Below are positions 39,201 to 50,899 of a stretch of DNA of 64,000 nucleotides, one piece after another. The notes under the pieces were generated by a model, which was not told the origin of the DNA, did no database searches, and saw only the letters and a list, made by a program, of their open reading frames with translations. How positions within the stretch are numbered: position 1 is the stretch's first letter; every line of letters starts with the position of its first letter. Source of the DNA: Raillietiella orientalis (taxonomy: Eukaryota); assembly GCA_036172245.1 (NCBI GenBank), contig JAYWIR010000023.1, positions 1,674,001 to 1,738,000 on the forward strand, read 5' to 3'. Position numbers and translations under genes: made by a program.

Positions 39201-39534
39201 CTTGCGTGGTCTTGTCCTGCTGAGGAGTGGCGTCGGGAGCAGGAGCGGCAGCAGCAGCGGCGGCGGTGGCGCACACCGGACTTTCTGGCTGCTGGGGCTC
39301 CTCTTCCTTCGCTTCGGATGGTGGCGGTGGCGCCGTCACCTCCTCCAGCCGGACGGGCTCCTGCTCCTCTTCCTCCTCCTCGCCGCCGCCGTCTTTGCAG
39401 ACCCCTTCCGGGTGGTGCTCGGTGCCACCATCGCTGGGGCGGCGGGCTGTCGGCGTCTCCGCGGTCTTGCAAGAGGCTGGAGAGGCAGCGGCGACGCGAT
39501 CGACAGCTTCAGCGATTGGTTCCTCAGGCGCCAT
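34751..39534 (-). CDS. Nrt: Neurotactin (type II membrane, non-catalytic cholinesterase-like adhesion protein), spliced gene. Predicted coding exons: 39534-39121, 39072-38869, 38820-38434, 38372-38133, 37960-37715, 36561-36456, 36395-36269, 36209-34751 (about 1060 aa)
   Basis: The C-terminal exon resembles Drosophila Neurotactin as I recall it along its whole length (FRGIPYA, GDEDCL, VTLLGSRAGASLV, AWASGGS, RTVCPL, AILGIYNP, final PCAYWEKQGLYPKISRAD vs Nrt PCNYW..PRYARVD). GT-AG introns join in frame to a TM segment (SLFVLLCAFLVAVVILSGACISQMLL) and a long acidic, Pro/Ala-rich N-terminus, giving the Nrt type II topology. The upstream exon structure is inferred and extra exons in 36562-37714 cannot be excluded. 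Confidence 0.88.
36269..36395 (-). CDS. Nrt: Nrt exon: second half of TM helix and stalk (AFLVAVVILSGACISQMLL...WSSCGPVRG)
   Basis: Acceptor CCTCCCACAG ends at 36396 and donor GTAAAA starts at 36268. Phases match both neighbours. The SCGPVRG motif is typical of the start of cholinesterase-fold domains. Confidence 0.85.
36456..36561 (-). CDS. Nrt: Nrt exon: basic juxtamembrane segment and start of TM (PPVRG...RKAPIQRKSLFVLL)
   Basis: Acceptor CCTCCTTCCAG ends at 36562 and consensus donor GTGAGT starts at 36455. Basic residues precede the hydrophobic stretch (positive-inside rule). Confidence 0.75.
37715..37960 (-). CDS. Nrt: Probable Nrt cytoplasmic exon (LLPQGAP...TAEELYMSVIPV...REPP)
   Basis: A very long polypyrimidine tract ends in TTCCAG at 37961 and donor GTAAAG starts at 37714. 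246 nt, phase 0-0. Confidence 0.6.
38133..38372 (-). CDS. Nrt: Probable Nrt cytoplasmic Gln-rich exon (QQQQQPPVSK...KRLILPRLQFRKSRKLQ)
   Basis: 61-nt intron GTGAGC...CCATTCCAG (38373-38433) upstream and donor CAG|GTGCAG at 38132. 240 nt, phase 0-0, open in a frame the ORF track does not list. Confidence 0.7.
38434..39534 (-). CDS. Nrt: Nrt N-terminal cytoplasmic region (MAPEEPIAEA...), probably split by two 48-nt introns (39073-39120, 38821-38868)
   Basis: 378-aa Glu/Ala/Pro-rich ORF. The ATG at 39534 follows a 5'UTR acceptor (branch GACTAAC then CCCGCAG ending 39581). Donor ATG|GTGAGC at 38433. Confidence 0.75.
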
Positions 39535-39580
39535 CCTTCCGTCGGCGCAGCGATCCCGTTCCTACCGGTTACCAGCCGAT

Positions 39581-39930
39581 CTGCGGGTGACAGGCGCACC
39601 GGTTAGTCGCACTTGGGAAGGAGGGGCATGAGAGGGGAGGGGAACACGGAGGCACCCAGAACAAGAGGTGGGAGACCCGGCTGCTAGCCTTCTCACGCAG
39701 GATCCCCGAAGGGGAGGGGAGGGAAGGAGGGAGGTGGAGAGATGTCGGAACGGGGAGGGGAAGAACACAACGCCTCTCCCCTACCCTACACCACCCACTC
39801 CCACCCGCTCGCTGCTACCTTAGACGACGACCACGACACCACGCACGCACGCATCCACCCACAAGTGAACCGACGTCGCTACTGGCGGGTCCCGCGGAGG
39901 CTTCGAACTTCAGGACGCCGTGACGTCACC
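39581..39930 (-). promoter_or_regulatory. Putative Nrt 5'UTR intron (39581-39818), short non-coding first exon and core promoter with a CRE palindrome
   Basis: Donor AAG|GTAGCA at 39818, branch site GACTAAC and CAG acceptor at 39581, and TGACGTCA at 39921-39928. The TSS position is inferred only. Confidence 0.35.
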
Positions 39931-41199
39931 CGCTCGCTTCCCTCCGATCCCTCTCGCCGGAATCGGCCGTGAAAACGCCGCCCCGCCGCTTCGCGGGTGG
40001 CGGCGCTCGCGTCTCCGCCCAGCTCTTGCCCGCGCGAGACTCGGTGCCGACGCTGGTCCAGGCCCGACCGCCGCGAGCGGATGGCCGGCCGCACCGACCG
40101 CGGAGATGCGGCCTCTTACTGAGCAGGTGGCCGCCGCCGACGCCGCTTGCGGACCCTGCCGGTAAGCGAGCGAAGCGAAAAGGCCCCGAGTGACGGGCAT
40201 GGAGGGTCGGGAAAGGGGTCGAAGGAAGGAAGGGGAATGGGGTGAAGGAAGGCACCTGCCGTGACGACGACGTCGTGGATCGGGTAACGGCCCCTTCCCT
40301 TCGAGAGTCAGGTCGGAACGCGAACCCTGGGGAGTGGACGCATCTGTTTGCGAGTGCTTCTCCCTCCAGACCCGAGGGTCGCATCCCGATAACGTCCGTC
40401 CTTCTCTGCTCCACCTCTCCTGGAACGGACGTCCCGCCTGGGAACTTCCGCTCATCGGGACCGCCTTTGCGCCGCGCCCTCCGAGCGTCCTCTCAAGGAG
40501 GTCCTCCTCCCGGGCCGGTTACTACTGCTGGCTGCTCTGCCCCAAATCGCCTGAGGAGCTCGGAGACCAGTGGTCCTTCATTTCTCTTCCCCTCCCTCCT
40601 CTTTCCCATGCCTCCAGAAGCGCGGGCGCTTGGAGAAACGCGAGCACACACCGATCGAACTGAGCACGGTCCAGCTGCCTCTTCGTCGTCGTCGAACTCG
40701 AGGGAGGAAGGCAGGGACCAGGAAGAGGGCTCTCAAGCGAGGGTCGCGAGCCCTCTGGGCAACCCAGGTGATGATGCGACGCCTCCTGGAGTCCGTCGGG
40801 CGGACTTCGCATGAGCGACGCGGAGCGCGTCGTTTGGATGTTTTCCTCCAGGGCGCACCCCTGCGCGGCGCTTCTCAGCGCCGAGCAGCGGTGCGTCCCT
40901 TCGGCCTGTGCATGCTGCCGGGAACGCTTCTCTGTCCACGGCTTTCGCTTGGGACCGAGCCTCTGACGTCACCGTCACCCCGCAGGCGAAGCGAGAGAGC
41001 AGTGAGTGCCGAGACTGCAGCTGCACGCGAGAGGACACGCGGATCGCACGACGGCGTTCCGCCCGTTCCCCTCCCCCCCTTTCGAAACATGGGCGCCTTG
41101 CTGCAGGGAGCGCTTAACGCGCCGCCCTAAGGGCGAAGAATTCCCTCCCTCCCTTCCCCTTCCCTCCCTGGCATCAGCGGCCGCCTCGAGCCGAAGGCG

Positions 41200-42780
41200 C
41201 GACTGGGGCGACCGGACTACCAGCCAGAAGATCGGAACTTCCATCCCTCTGTCCTTCCCCCGAAAAGCCATGCACGACTTCCGGGAAGCTCCATATTCCG
41301 AGGCCGAGGCCAGGAACTCCGAGCTTGATGTCTTCGCGCAGGGGACGACCGAGGACAGAGAGAGTCCTTTGAAGGGATATTTCCACATTCCTCCCTGCAT
41401 CACGAAAGGGAGAGCAGAGCGCCATGCTCCAGGGGTCGCTCCCACTGGTCATCTGGTCTATTGCCTCCGGCTGTTGCTCTTCCAGGGGATCGCGAGCGGG
41501 AAGGGGGAACAAAAGATCAAAGGCATCCTTCCCAACCTGATCCACGTTTTCCTTGCCCCCCTGCTTCTCCCCTCAGCAAACTTGGAGAAGATCCAGAAGC
41601 GCTGACCAACCTTCCTCGCTCCTGAGGGGGAGTCGCACTGTCCTCAGGGAACGTTTCGATGGTCTTCCTCCACCCCTACCTCTCGAGAGAGGGTGAGAAG
41701 AGGAAAGCGGGGGCAGGTGAATCGTGCGCGTTCCAGAGACGTAGGGTGACCTACTCCTTCTTCTATGTGACCCATCTCGGGCATGGGAGACTGTTCTGGT
41801 TCTCGCTCCCGGAAGGGTCTGCATTCCTTGGAGCGTGTCCCGGTCTCTGCGATCCCGTGGAAGGGGATGGCAACAGTGGGAGGGTAGCGGACATCGCTTC
41901 CGGTTCTTGGAAAGCAGCGGGACACGAGCACCGAGCCACCTCCAGCGCCATCTCGTAGGTCGGGGATCGGGGACCAGAAGAGGCTGGGAAAGCGCTTCTC
42001 GTCTTCACCCCCAGCTGTTCCGACCTCCATGGTACGTATCGGCTCCTCCCCTCAACCCGGAGGACCCGCCCTCCCCGCGAGGACTCGTCGGAACGAGGAA
42101 GAGTCCGAGCTTGGGGTCGCAGGTCAAGCGGCACGGGAGGAGGTCGGCTCGCTCCTTCCAGATGGCCTTCCCTTCCTCGTGGAACGGCGAGCTCTGGGTG
42201 CCAGAGACCTATGTCCACCGGCGGGACGAGGCAAGGGGCTCTCCAGAGGAGAATGCAGCAGCAGAAGCAGCCCTCTCTCTCCACAGCACCCCACTGGAAC
42301 ATCCTCCCTCCATCCCCGGCATCCTCTTGTGACCCCATCGGGAGGAGGGTGGGACGGAATCCTCCCGGAGGGAGGCTCGATCGACCTCGCCGTGGACAGG
42401 AGGCAGAGTCGAGAGAAGAGCGAGAGCTCCCGGGAATTGCCCCAGAAGAGAGCGGCGTGGACGAGAGGAAGTTTCGATGGGGGAGGTTCTCAGAGTCCTC
42501 AGCCAGGGACCACATTAGGGCGAACACGAGTGTGGACGCGGTGCGAGACGGTGCCTGGAGCGAAGGGACCATCATCCACCTCCCTGTACGCCAGGCCTCG
42601 TCTTTCCTGGCGGACGTGGAAGTAGTGGACCTAGCTCTGGAGTGCACGAGATGTAGTGGCGGAGTGGACAAGGAATCCGAGATGACATAGAAGGCATCGC
42701 CTTCCTCGCGTGGATAGTGAGGGGATGGATCTGGGTTTTGGTGTCCTCCACATCTCAGCAGTGGGCGTGGACCGGTGGGA
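41200..42780 (-). mobile_element. Degraded CR1/Jockey-like LINE ORF2 (endonuclease plus RT)
   Basis: LAYR and LAEDSENLPHRN (GDFNLPxIxW, about 42470-42505), then KDAFDLL (about 41520) and KLGVPGLGLG (SGVPQGSVLG, about 41315). Confidence 0.45.
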
Positions 42781-44399
42781 ACTTCCCGGCTTCTCCCTGG
42801 TGGCGAGCCTCAGCTAAACGCAGCACGCGCGACCCCGAAAAAACCTGAAGTCTTTACGCTGTCCTCAACGGGGGAGAATGGAGGGGATGGCTTGCCACCG
42901 CTAGATCCCCTATTCAACCTCGTGCGCGGCGGTCGCGCTGGACGTGGGGAATCGGCCCGGAAGGCGCGCAGCGTGAGCGCGGGAGCTCCAGTCTCCTCCG
43001 CTGGCTCCGGGCATTCTGGAGCATGCAGGTGGGCGGTTGTTTGTCGGTCAAGGTCAACCGGGACCGCGCATCGTGAGCCCAGGGGGGTCTGCTGTTGAAC
43101 GGACGGACGAGCGAGCCCTCTGCCGATGGCTCTCAGAGTGTCTCCTTTCGTTTCCCCCGCGTCATCCGGCAGATGCACCCCGAATCTTCGAGAAATTCCG
43201 GGCGAAAGCAGAGCGACGGTGGGGGAAGCGGCGATTCCCGGAGGAAGGGCTGCAGTGCTCGTGATAGGATGAGACCAGCGCCCTCTCTAGAGATACGGCG
43301 ATCTCTCTCCGTTAGCGCGCCCACGTCCTTCCTTCCCTCGACCCGTCGGGAGTCACCAGCCGGGAACTTCGGATTTTCCCCGCGCTGTCAGATCGGATCG
43401 AATCGTCCCGTACAGGTAGCGGACGGGAGGCTACTTACAGCCTTCCCTCCCCTTTTCTGCTGTTATCTTCGAGGCACGGCGTTTCCCCCTCGCATCGTTG
43501 GATCCAGCGGTAAGCAGGTTCCAGTAACACGCCCCCGGACATCGAGGTCGGGTGCGTGGGGCATTCGGACGGAACTCCGATTCAGTGGTTCGCCTTCTGG
43601 GCCTCATCTCTTGGAGAGACCCCGTTGGCGGATGCATGAAAGCGCCCTATCGCACTTTCTTTCCTCGTCCCGTGGGTTCCATGGCAACGGGCAAGCTTCC
43701 CTTGCTTCCTTTTCCTTTCCTTTCTTCCTCTTTCTGCTTTTCGTTCCCAGACGCCTCAGGGCGACTCGAACTCGAAGCGCCCGGTCGACAGGTCGAGGTC
43801 TGGCGGTACTGATAACAAACCCGGTTCCAGAGAGTTGCAAGAGTCTCCCCCTTCGTCCCTCTCCTTCTGCCCCTGACGGGAAGAAAAATACTGCTTCCTC
43901 TGACACCCTCTCAGAGTGACCATCTAACCGATGTCTCGTGGATTCCGCCGTGGTCCCCTTGCCGACGTGTGGTTCGTTCAGGTTTTCCTAGGAGGTCAGT
44001 TAGTGTCGTGACGTTATCAAGGGAAGATGAACACCGCTTATGGTCTGTACCTTGGCGCAGGGTTAGAAGGTTGGACCAGCTTCGCTCTTTTGTGACCTGG
44101 AATCGTCCAGAAATCTACGTGAGCTGTCGCTTCTGCTTAATTTGTTGGTGGGCGATCGTTTAGCTTTTGATTTCTAGTTTATCCGGAGACATACTCTTAC
44201 TGGAGCATCCATCTTCGCGGAGACCTTTCGTCCTGCTCCCGCAGGACAAGGCAGCTGCTCTGGACGGCTTCTGAACAGAAGCCGAAGATCTGGCAAGAAA
44301 AGCGCTCTAGATCTCAAGCTACGGAAGATGGGGTGAAGAGCAGCTGCAAGTTCCATTCGTCTACGCAAGGATGCCGGACTGCCGTCCATCGTCCTCAGT

Positions 44400-45260
44400 A
44401 GCCTTGCACACGGGCAGTATCGCGGCCGCTGAATGAAAGGGAGGCGCGATTATTGCAAATTGAAAACTCAGTAGCAGATGGCCTCAGCAGGGCAAGCGGG
44501 GGAAAAAGAAATCCACACTTCCAGTGAGTCGCGTCGTGCTTCCGGTGCTGAAACCGTGGTTCTCGAAAGGCTCGCGGCTGGGCGAGCCACTCCGTATCAG
44601 GCAAAACCGCTGATCCAAGGGCTCCGCGGGCTGTTGACCGTCACGAGTCATAACGGGGGTATCGAGGCTGCGCGACGACGAAAGAGGACGACCTGTTTCG
44701 AATAGACACGCCTTCTTGCAGGAGAGGAGGAAGTCGACGCGGCACCGAAAGCACTCACCGTCCCGACGAAAGTGAAGCGTTCGGGAACGCAAGGCATGCA
44801 GATGGCGTGAACGCTCTTCTGTGGGGAGGGCGTGGAAATCCCCCCTCGCCTCTTCTTGCCCTTGTTTGCGAGAGTCAGATCGTCCGGAGCCCGAAGAGCA
44901 CCTTCTCCGGAATGTTGCCGCGCAAGTGCTTCTCGCCTTCTTTAGATTTTGCTGACCCCTTCTTGCCATCCGATGATCCGCTTACTACGAGGAAGCAACC
45001 GTCATGAAGAGGCACATTGGTTACCAATTTATGTCTTTACTGCCTCTGATCTTCGGGAGGATGGGAGGGAAGGGAGGGAGCAGCTTCGAAAGAAATCCCG
45101 TCTCCTGGAAGGCAGCTGAGTCGCGTCCTCTCGTTGTTACCCCATCAGCTGATCCTGGACGGCATGGCCGAGAGCCTGATTGATGACCTCTAAGCAAACT
45201 TTCATCTTAGCGAACGGGGCTCAGCCGGGGTGGCACGAAAGAACCCTTCTTTGAACAAAG
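44400..45260 (-). mobile_element. RTE-like RT fragment
   Basis: QLPSRRR (QxGFR), NLKKARST (DLKKAFDS) and NIPEKVL (GIPxKVI), in order. Confidence 0.38.
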
Positions 45261-47999
45261 TTCTTCCCCCTCCTCCTCAGCGAGGACTTCATGCATATCT
45301 CCCGCCCTCCCTCCCTCACGCGGATCTCCACAAGCGAGAGGAAGCAGGAGGGATGCATTGTGCTCTCCTATCTCCCACTTCTCGCCTGGCGGCTATTTGT
45401 TTTTTCCCGTCCGAGGTCGAGTCGGTCCATTCGAGAATTTCGCGAATCCGCAGCTGACGCTCCCTTGATCTTGCAATCCCCCTTCCCCTCCCCCCCTCCT
45501 CCTTCCCCCCAGACTGCCCGTCCCAGGCGGAAGTTCCCTACATTTCTCTCCGCCTTCGCCACAGTGGGAGGAACTCAGTCAGACTCTCCCAGTTCGTTTC
45601 CCCTTTCCCGTCAGACACTCGCGCGTCTCTCGCTTCACCCTCCCTCTCCGATTTTTCCAGGATGGGGAGGAACGGGGAGCGGTGGTGGTGCCATCCTGGA
45701 GATCCTGCTCTAGCAGCTTACTCTGAGAAACTCTACGGCGGAATCCAGGGTCACCACCCCCGCTTCTTCACTTTCTTTCCTCCTTCCCTTCCTCGTCTCG
45801 CGAGATCCTAGATGCTATCGCCGGTGCTTTGCTGTGCAGCCTTTGGCCACTTTCGGTCCAGCGATCTGTCTTAATAGACTCCCCGAGGATCCGACGGAAC
45901 GCATCGCCGCCTCCGTGAGAGAAGACATCGAACGGAGCGGCGAGATGCGACTTTGTTTTCCGTCCCCCCCTCCCTCCCCCCGCAGAGATCTGGCAACCCG
46001 TGGACCAAGCTCTTTTCTCTCTCTCTCTTTGTGCCAGACTCGCTTCCTGAAGAAGTGGCAGGAAAAGCGGCACCATTCAGGTTAACAGGACCCCCGAAAG
46101 AAGTGATCTCCAGGAACAGAAGAAACTGGTGAACCTGTCTTATCTTATGTGTTGCTTTCCTCTTACCTCTTCCCTGGTTACCTTCAAAAAGCGCCCCCTG
46201 ACACGCCGGGCGTTCCGTAAATCATCCGATGAGCTGCCGCGGCGGCGAGCGACGGGTGCCATGGGAACGCGTGGAACCGGTGCTTCGCACATCAATGCCC
46301 TTCCGGATCCTCGGAGCCTGCGCACCACGCAGCACAGTCTCGCCTTCCTCCCTTTTCCAGAGTTCAGCGGAATCTTTGGCAAAACTGTTGCGGTAGCCTC
46401 AGGATTTCGTATTCTTCGGGAAGGGTCCTAAGGGGATTTTAAGTCGGATGTGGGGTTGGTGCGACCCCTAAGACTGGTCTTGAGCTGCTTATTGCACTAT
46501 TTCGTTCCCGCCGCCACCACCCTTCTTCGCGCCAGATGCGCAGCCGATGATCCCCAAGGAGAAAGTCAAGTCCGCGATAAAAACAAGGAGCCGTCCACCC
46601 CAGGACCAGGCTCGGCAGCAGCTGCCGCTGCTCGCTTAGGGCGCCACCTTGGATGGTCCGCTAATCCTCGATGCTTCCGCAACGAAAGCCGCCAGTCCGT
46701 TGCTGAGGTCGGATTTCGGGGCGCAAATCGTGAGGATGCTCTAGGCTGCTCTTCTGGCATCTTCGCTACTCGTTCCGTCGGCAAGGAGCTGCTGCGCGTG
46801 ACTGCGGAGCCTGACGAGGTCGCTGCGGACTCCCTCTGACTACTGCTTCATCTGCTCCATCTGTCGATCTTTGTCTCGTGGTAGAAGGGAACAGCATCGT
46901 GCGCCCTCAAGCAGTCCGCCTACGCTCGGGCAGAAGATCTCGGGTTCCCGTGGGGTTCCATCGTCCCCCGTGGATCCCAGGACACCGGAATCTTGAATAT
47001 CGTGGCTGGGAAAGACTCCTCGAGCTCCTCCTGAGGCGAAGAGGAGGTACTCCAAGTGGAGAGCTCCTCCAGAGAGGTGGGACGCTCGTCTTTCGGAAGG
47101 ACGCCGAGGGCTATGACTCGGTCCTTCTTCGGAAGCGTTCTTTCGAGCGAGGGGGCGAACGAGGGGACTCGCCTCTCCCTTCTGCGGTACTCGCAATCGG
47201 TCCTTTCCAGACTTCATCAGATGTTCCCATCGGCATTCGCTTCCCCCCCCCTTTCCTCCTCCTCTTCCTCCTTCCCACCCCTCGAGAGTGGCCGTTCAGA
47301 GCCCTCCCCGTGGCCGAGCCCCGCACCGGAGAAACCGGAAATCGTGGGGGCGAAGCGGTGACCCGGAGGACGGTGGTGCAAGAGCGGAGCCGGCTCGAAG
47401 CACAGGGAGCGAGGAGACGCAAATTGCCGCCTCTCCCGGCACAGCGAACCGACTTGGAGGCCATGCGGGCGGAGGGAGGAAACGAGCAGGAGGTTCTGAT
47501 TAAAGGGAGAAAAGGAGGGGGAAGGGAAGGAGAACAAAACCTCGCAGGGACGCGCACCAGAGACTCGCGCGAAAAGCGCGGCGGCCTCTTCTTGCATCAG
47601 CGCGGGAAGCGGCTACGGAGGCTGCGGGTGGGGAGATGTGGATCCCGCAGCCTACTCCCGTTCCCGCGCACTTCGTCCTCCCTGTTTGCGACCAGCGTGA
47701 TCCTCTTGGAGCGGTTCCCATGGTCACGTCCCGACTCCTGGAAGGTTCCGTGGAGCCGCGAGCTCCTCTGCATTCGAAACGACTCTCTACCACCTGAGCC
47801 ACCGTCGTGGAGATGCCGGGAAGCGGGGAATTCTCCCGCGACGCTGTGGGCCCTCGATAGTCAGAGGCGTTCTGCGATCTTTCCGCCGAGATCCGCAATG
47901 CTTTGAAGCGCGTTGAAGGAAGGCTGCAACTGACCCAAGCGAATGATCCCTCCTCCCCATCCCACTCCACCCCCCATCTCCCTCCACTTTCATGTCTCC

Positions 48000-48482
48000 G
48001 CATACACGCCCACGCAATCCTCGGCAAAGGTTCCGCTCCTTCAGGAGCATCAGGGATGCGGAGATTCTCCTCTCCTCTCCTCCTAAGGCAGACCGCCTGC
48101 TCCCCAGTTCTGTGCAGCTACCTCTCTCGAGTGCAAGGAGGGGACAGCACAGAGGTTGAATCCGAAAAGTTCGGTGGTAGTCACTTCGTGGGTGATGACC
48201 TACAAGCGCAAAGAGTCGAAAGCACCAGCCTTCTCGACGGAGGCATCGCTCCGGGTTCGGCAAACGGGCGAATCCGTGGGCGCAGTTCACCCAAAGGAAG
48301 TTTCCTTCCTTTGGGTGAAGATTTCGCCGGGAAGGAGCAGAGTCATTATTAACAGAGAAGAGGTCCACCCCTTCGCAAGATTCATCCCTGGACTTTGCAG
48401 CTGGGAGTTGATATTCTAAGAAATTCGGGAGGAAAAGGTGTCAACAAAACTCTGAAACCGACGTCCTCGCTCCCTACTTGAG
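48000..48482 (+). mobile_element. Degraded gypsy-type LTR retrotransposon RT fragment (copy 1)
   Basis: HFVGDD, LRVRQTG, KEVSFLWVKIS (EVxFLGHxIS) and FARFIPGLCS (LARFIPNLS). Confidence 0.45.
48318..48482 (+). repeat. Direct repeat A1 (partner 51699-51898)
   Basis: Shared blocks GGAAGGAGCAGAGTCA, GAAGAGGTCCACCCCTTCGCAAGAT, CATCCCTGGACTTTGCAGC, AACAAAACTCT and CTACTTGAG. Confidence 0.92.
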
Positions 48483-49249
48483 AGACTTTCGTCCTGGACC
48501 TAAATCTGATTGCTCGCGTCGTCTCGGAAGCCGGATTTTCGTCCACGGAATGAGATTGCGTGCCACACGTGAGACGAATCTCGTTGGACGAGTCCCTTGG
48601 TCTTTCGTATGGACTTTGGTCCATGAGATGGCATCCCTTCGTTTGTGGAGAGACACAAAGGCGTCTCCCAGAGTCCAGCGAATCACCATGAAAGGGAAAG
48701 AATGGCCTCCGCTGCAAGACCAGAGGCATAGAAGTCCGGGAGAAACGAACGAAACCCTGAGGAGCTGCAGGTGGTAGCTCAGTAAGATTCCCAGGGGCAG
48801 GAAGGAACGACCCGTTGCTCCCACTAACTGTGGCAGGCTGACGTCACGTTTCTACGCCATAAATGTCTTTCGAGAGGCGCTGTTTTCTGCTGTCATTAAA
48901 ACAGCCGATTATGGAACCTTAGACCGATTCGCCCTTAAGGAGCAATCTATTTTCTGCTCCTCATCCCCGCAGAGTTGCTACTCACGCTAGAGAGATGTCT
49001 CCCTAGCATCTCGTCACGGAGAGAGTGTCCCAAACCCCACGGTCCGACCGAACCAACAGCAGCTCACGAATTTCCGGCTTCTTCTTAGGGAAGAAGATGA
49101 AGAAGAGAAAAAAATCGTAGGTCGTCCCCATTCCCTGACTGCGCCTCGCAGTGTATTGGTTTCTCATCGGCCCTCTCCTCCTCTGAGGGAGTGCCCTCTG
49201 TTCTAGGATATGTATCCTTCGTTACTACTCGTGTCCCCGGTCATCCTCG

Positions 49250-49900
49250 TCCTCCTTCCTTCTTCCTGCTTGCTGCCATCACTGGTCGCTTGGTACATGA
49301 CTTTCCCACTCCCTCTCACTCTGCTCGTTGTAGCTGACCTCGGGTGATGACCCGGTATGCTTCCGTGCTTCCCCAACAACTACCTACATATTAACCACAC
49401 CTCCTCGGGTAGGAAAGCACCTTTCTCTGCGATCCGGAGCCGCGTCTCATGATCCGTTTGAGATTTCCTCCATTCCAAACATCTCTTTCCAGCGCATCTC
49501 TTCGTGGCAGTCATCTGAGCCACTTCCAGTCCAGCCCTCCCATCACATTCCTTGGGAGACATCTTGAAACAGCACAGCACGCTGCCGACCTGCTCAACCT
49601 GCTCAATCTTCCACCGGGCATCCGGAAGAAAACTCCCCTTCCTTGGTGCAGAAACCAGTTGGTGCTCTACCACACCCGCATTCAACTTCCTTGAGGATGT
49701 GTGGTCTGTTTCGTCCTCTTCGAATTACGCCAGATGACAAAAGACCAACGGTAGTAGCCACGGAGAAGAAGAAGGCGATCCCTGCGATCTCCTCCTCTTC
49801 TTCCTCCTCGTCATGAGGCCGAGCGACCGGCACATTCTCGGGCTCCATCCGCAGTTGCCATCGTCTTGGGGGTTTTTCTGCATCCCATGGCAGGAGTTAC
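49250..49900 (-). mobile_element. RTE-like LINE 3' fragment
   Basis: KIEQV..DGRAGLEV..EWRKSQTDHETRLRI..EEVW resembles the RTE post-RT region. Confidence 0.38.
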
Positions 49901-50899
49901 CATGCCCCGGGTCAGCGGATCACTTGTCATACGCGGTCACCTCGAATGACCAAAAAAAAGGACTTCTTTGATGGAGCAACTGGGAATTTCTCCGGACTGA
50001 CTCGTAGCCCCTCCCTTCCTCTCCTCTCTAGCTGGCAGCCCACACTGTGCTTCTGTTACACAGGGTTTCCCCCGCGACGAGGGTCTGACCCTCACCTCAT
50101 ACCTAGGAGGAGCAGCTCCCAGAGCAGTGCCAGGTGGGAGTGGGGTGGGGTGAGGAGGAAGTAGGACTGTTCGTGGCCCGCTGCAGGACTGCAGCACCAT
50201 GTGGCGTAGAGGCAGCCTTACTGCACGCGGCAAGACATTGCTGCAGCGCTTCTCCTTTGCGGTAGGTCTTCATCCCGCCTCAGTGGTCGCGTGACTCTGT
50301 GTCTGCGTCCGTGTGGCTCACAGTGTCGGTTCTCTGGGAAGAGCAGGTGAGCTGGAAGCTTCTGGAAAGCAGCTACATCGCTGCTTCCACAACAGAGAGA
50401 GCAGAGAGTCCCATGTGAATAGCAGAGTGAAGGAGGGAGTCTTCAGAATCTGTAGAAGTTGCGATGTGGTTAATGCAAAGTCTTTTTCCCTCTTTCTTCG
50501 GTCCTGTTCGTTTTCATTTATTGATAGATGCCTTCCCCTCCGATCTCCGTCGCAGTCGACCTTAGAGTCGAAGGTTCTCCTTCCAAAAGCTCCTGGAATC
50601 AGGTAGGAGCCAGCCCCATGCTTACTGCGAGTCAGCTGATGGCAACAAACGTTCCAGTGTGATTTTCTCGTTCCAGATTTCCGGACCATTTATTTAAAAT
50701 AAATAAATGAGATTTTTATAATTCCAGAAAGACCGATGTGTTCCAGTCCGGAGCGAAAGGGACCAAACCTCAAGGGGTACAGAAATGGGAGGGAGGAGGG
50801 CAGAGAAGCTCAATAAATAAACGAGTTATGGGATGATCAGACCTCGAGGTGGCGAACACGATTACCGAGAGTCTGATTGGGCAGAGAGGGAGAGATGCT

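Noticed and set aside
38458..39606. 382-aa + strand ORF
   Set aside because: Antisense shadow of the Nrt N-terminal exons.
46878..47906. 342-aa + strand ORF
   Set aside because: Arg/Gly-rich compositional ORF with no motifs or splice support.
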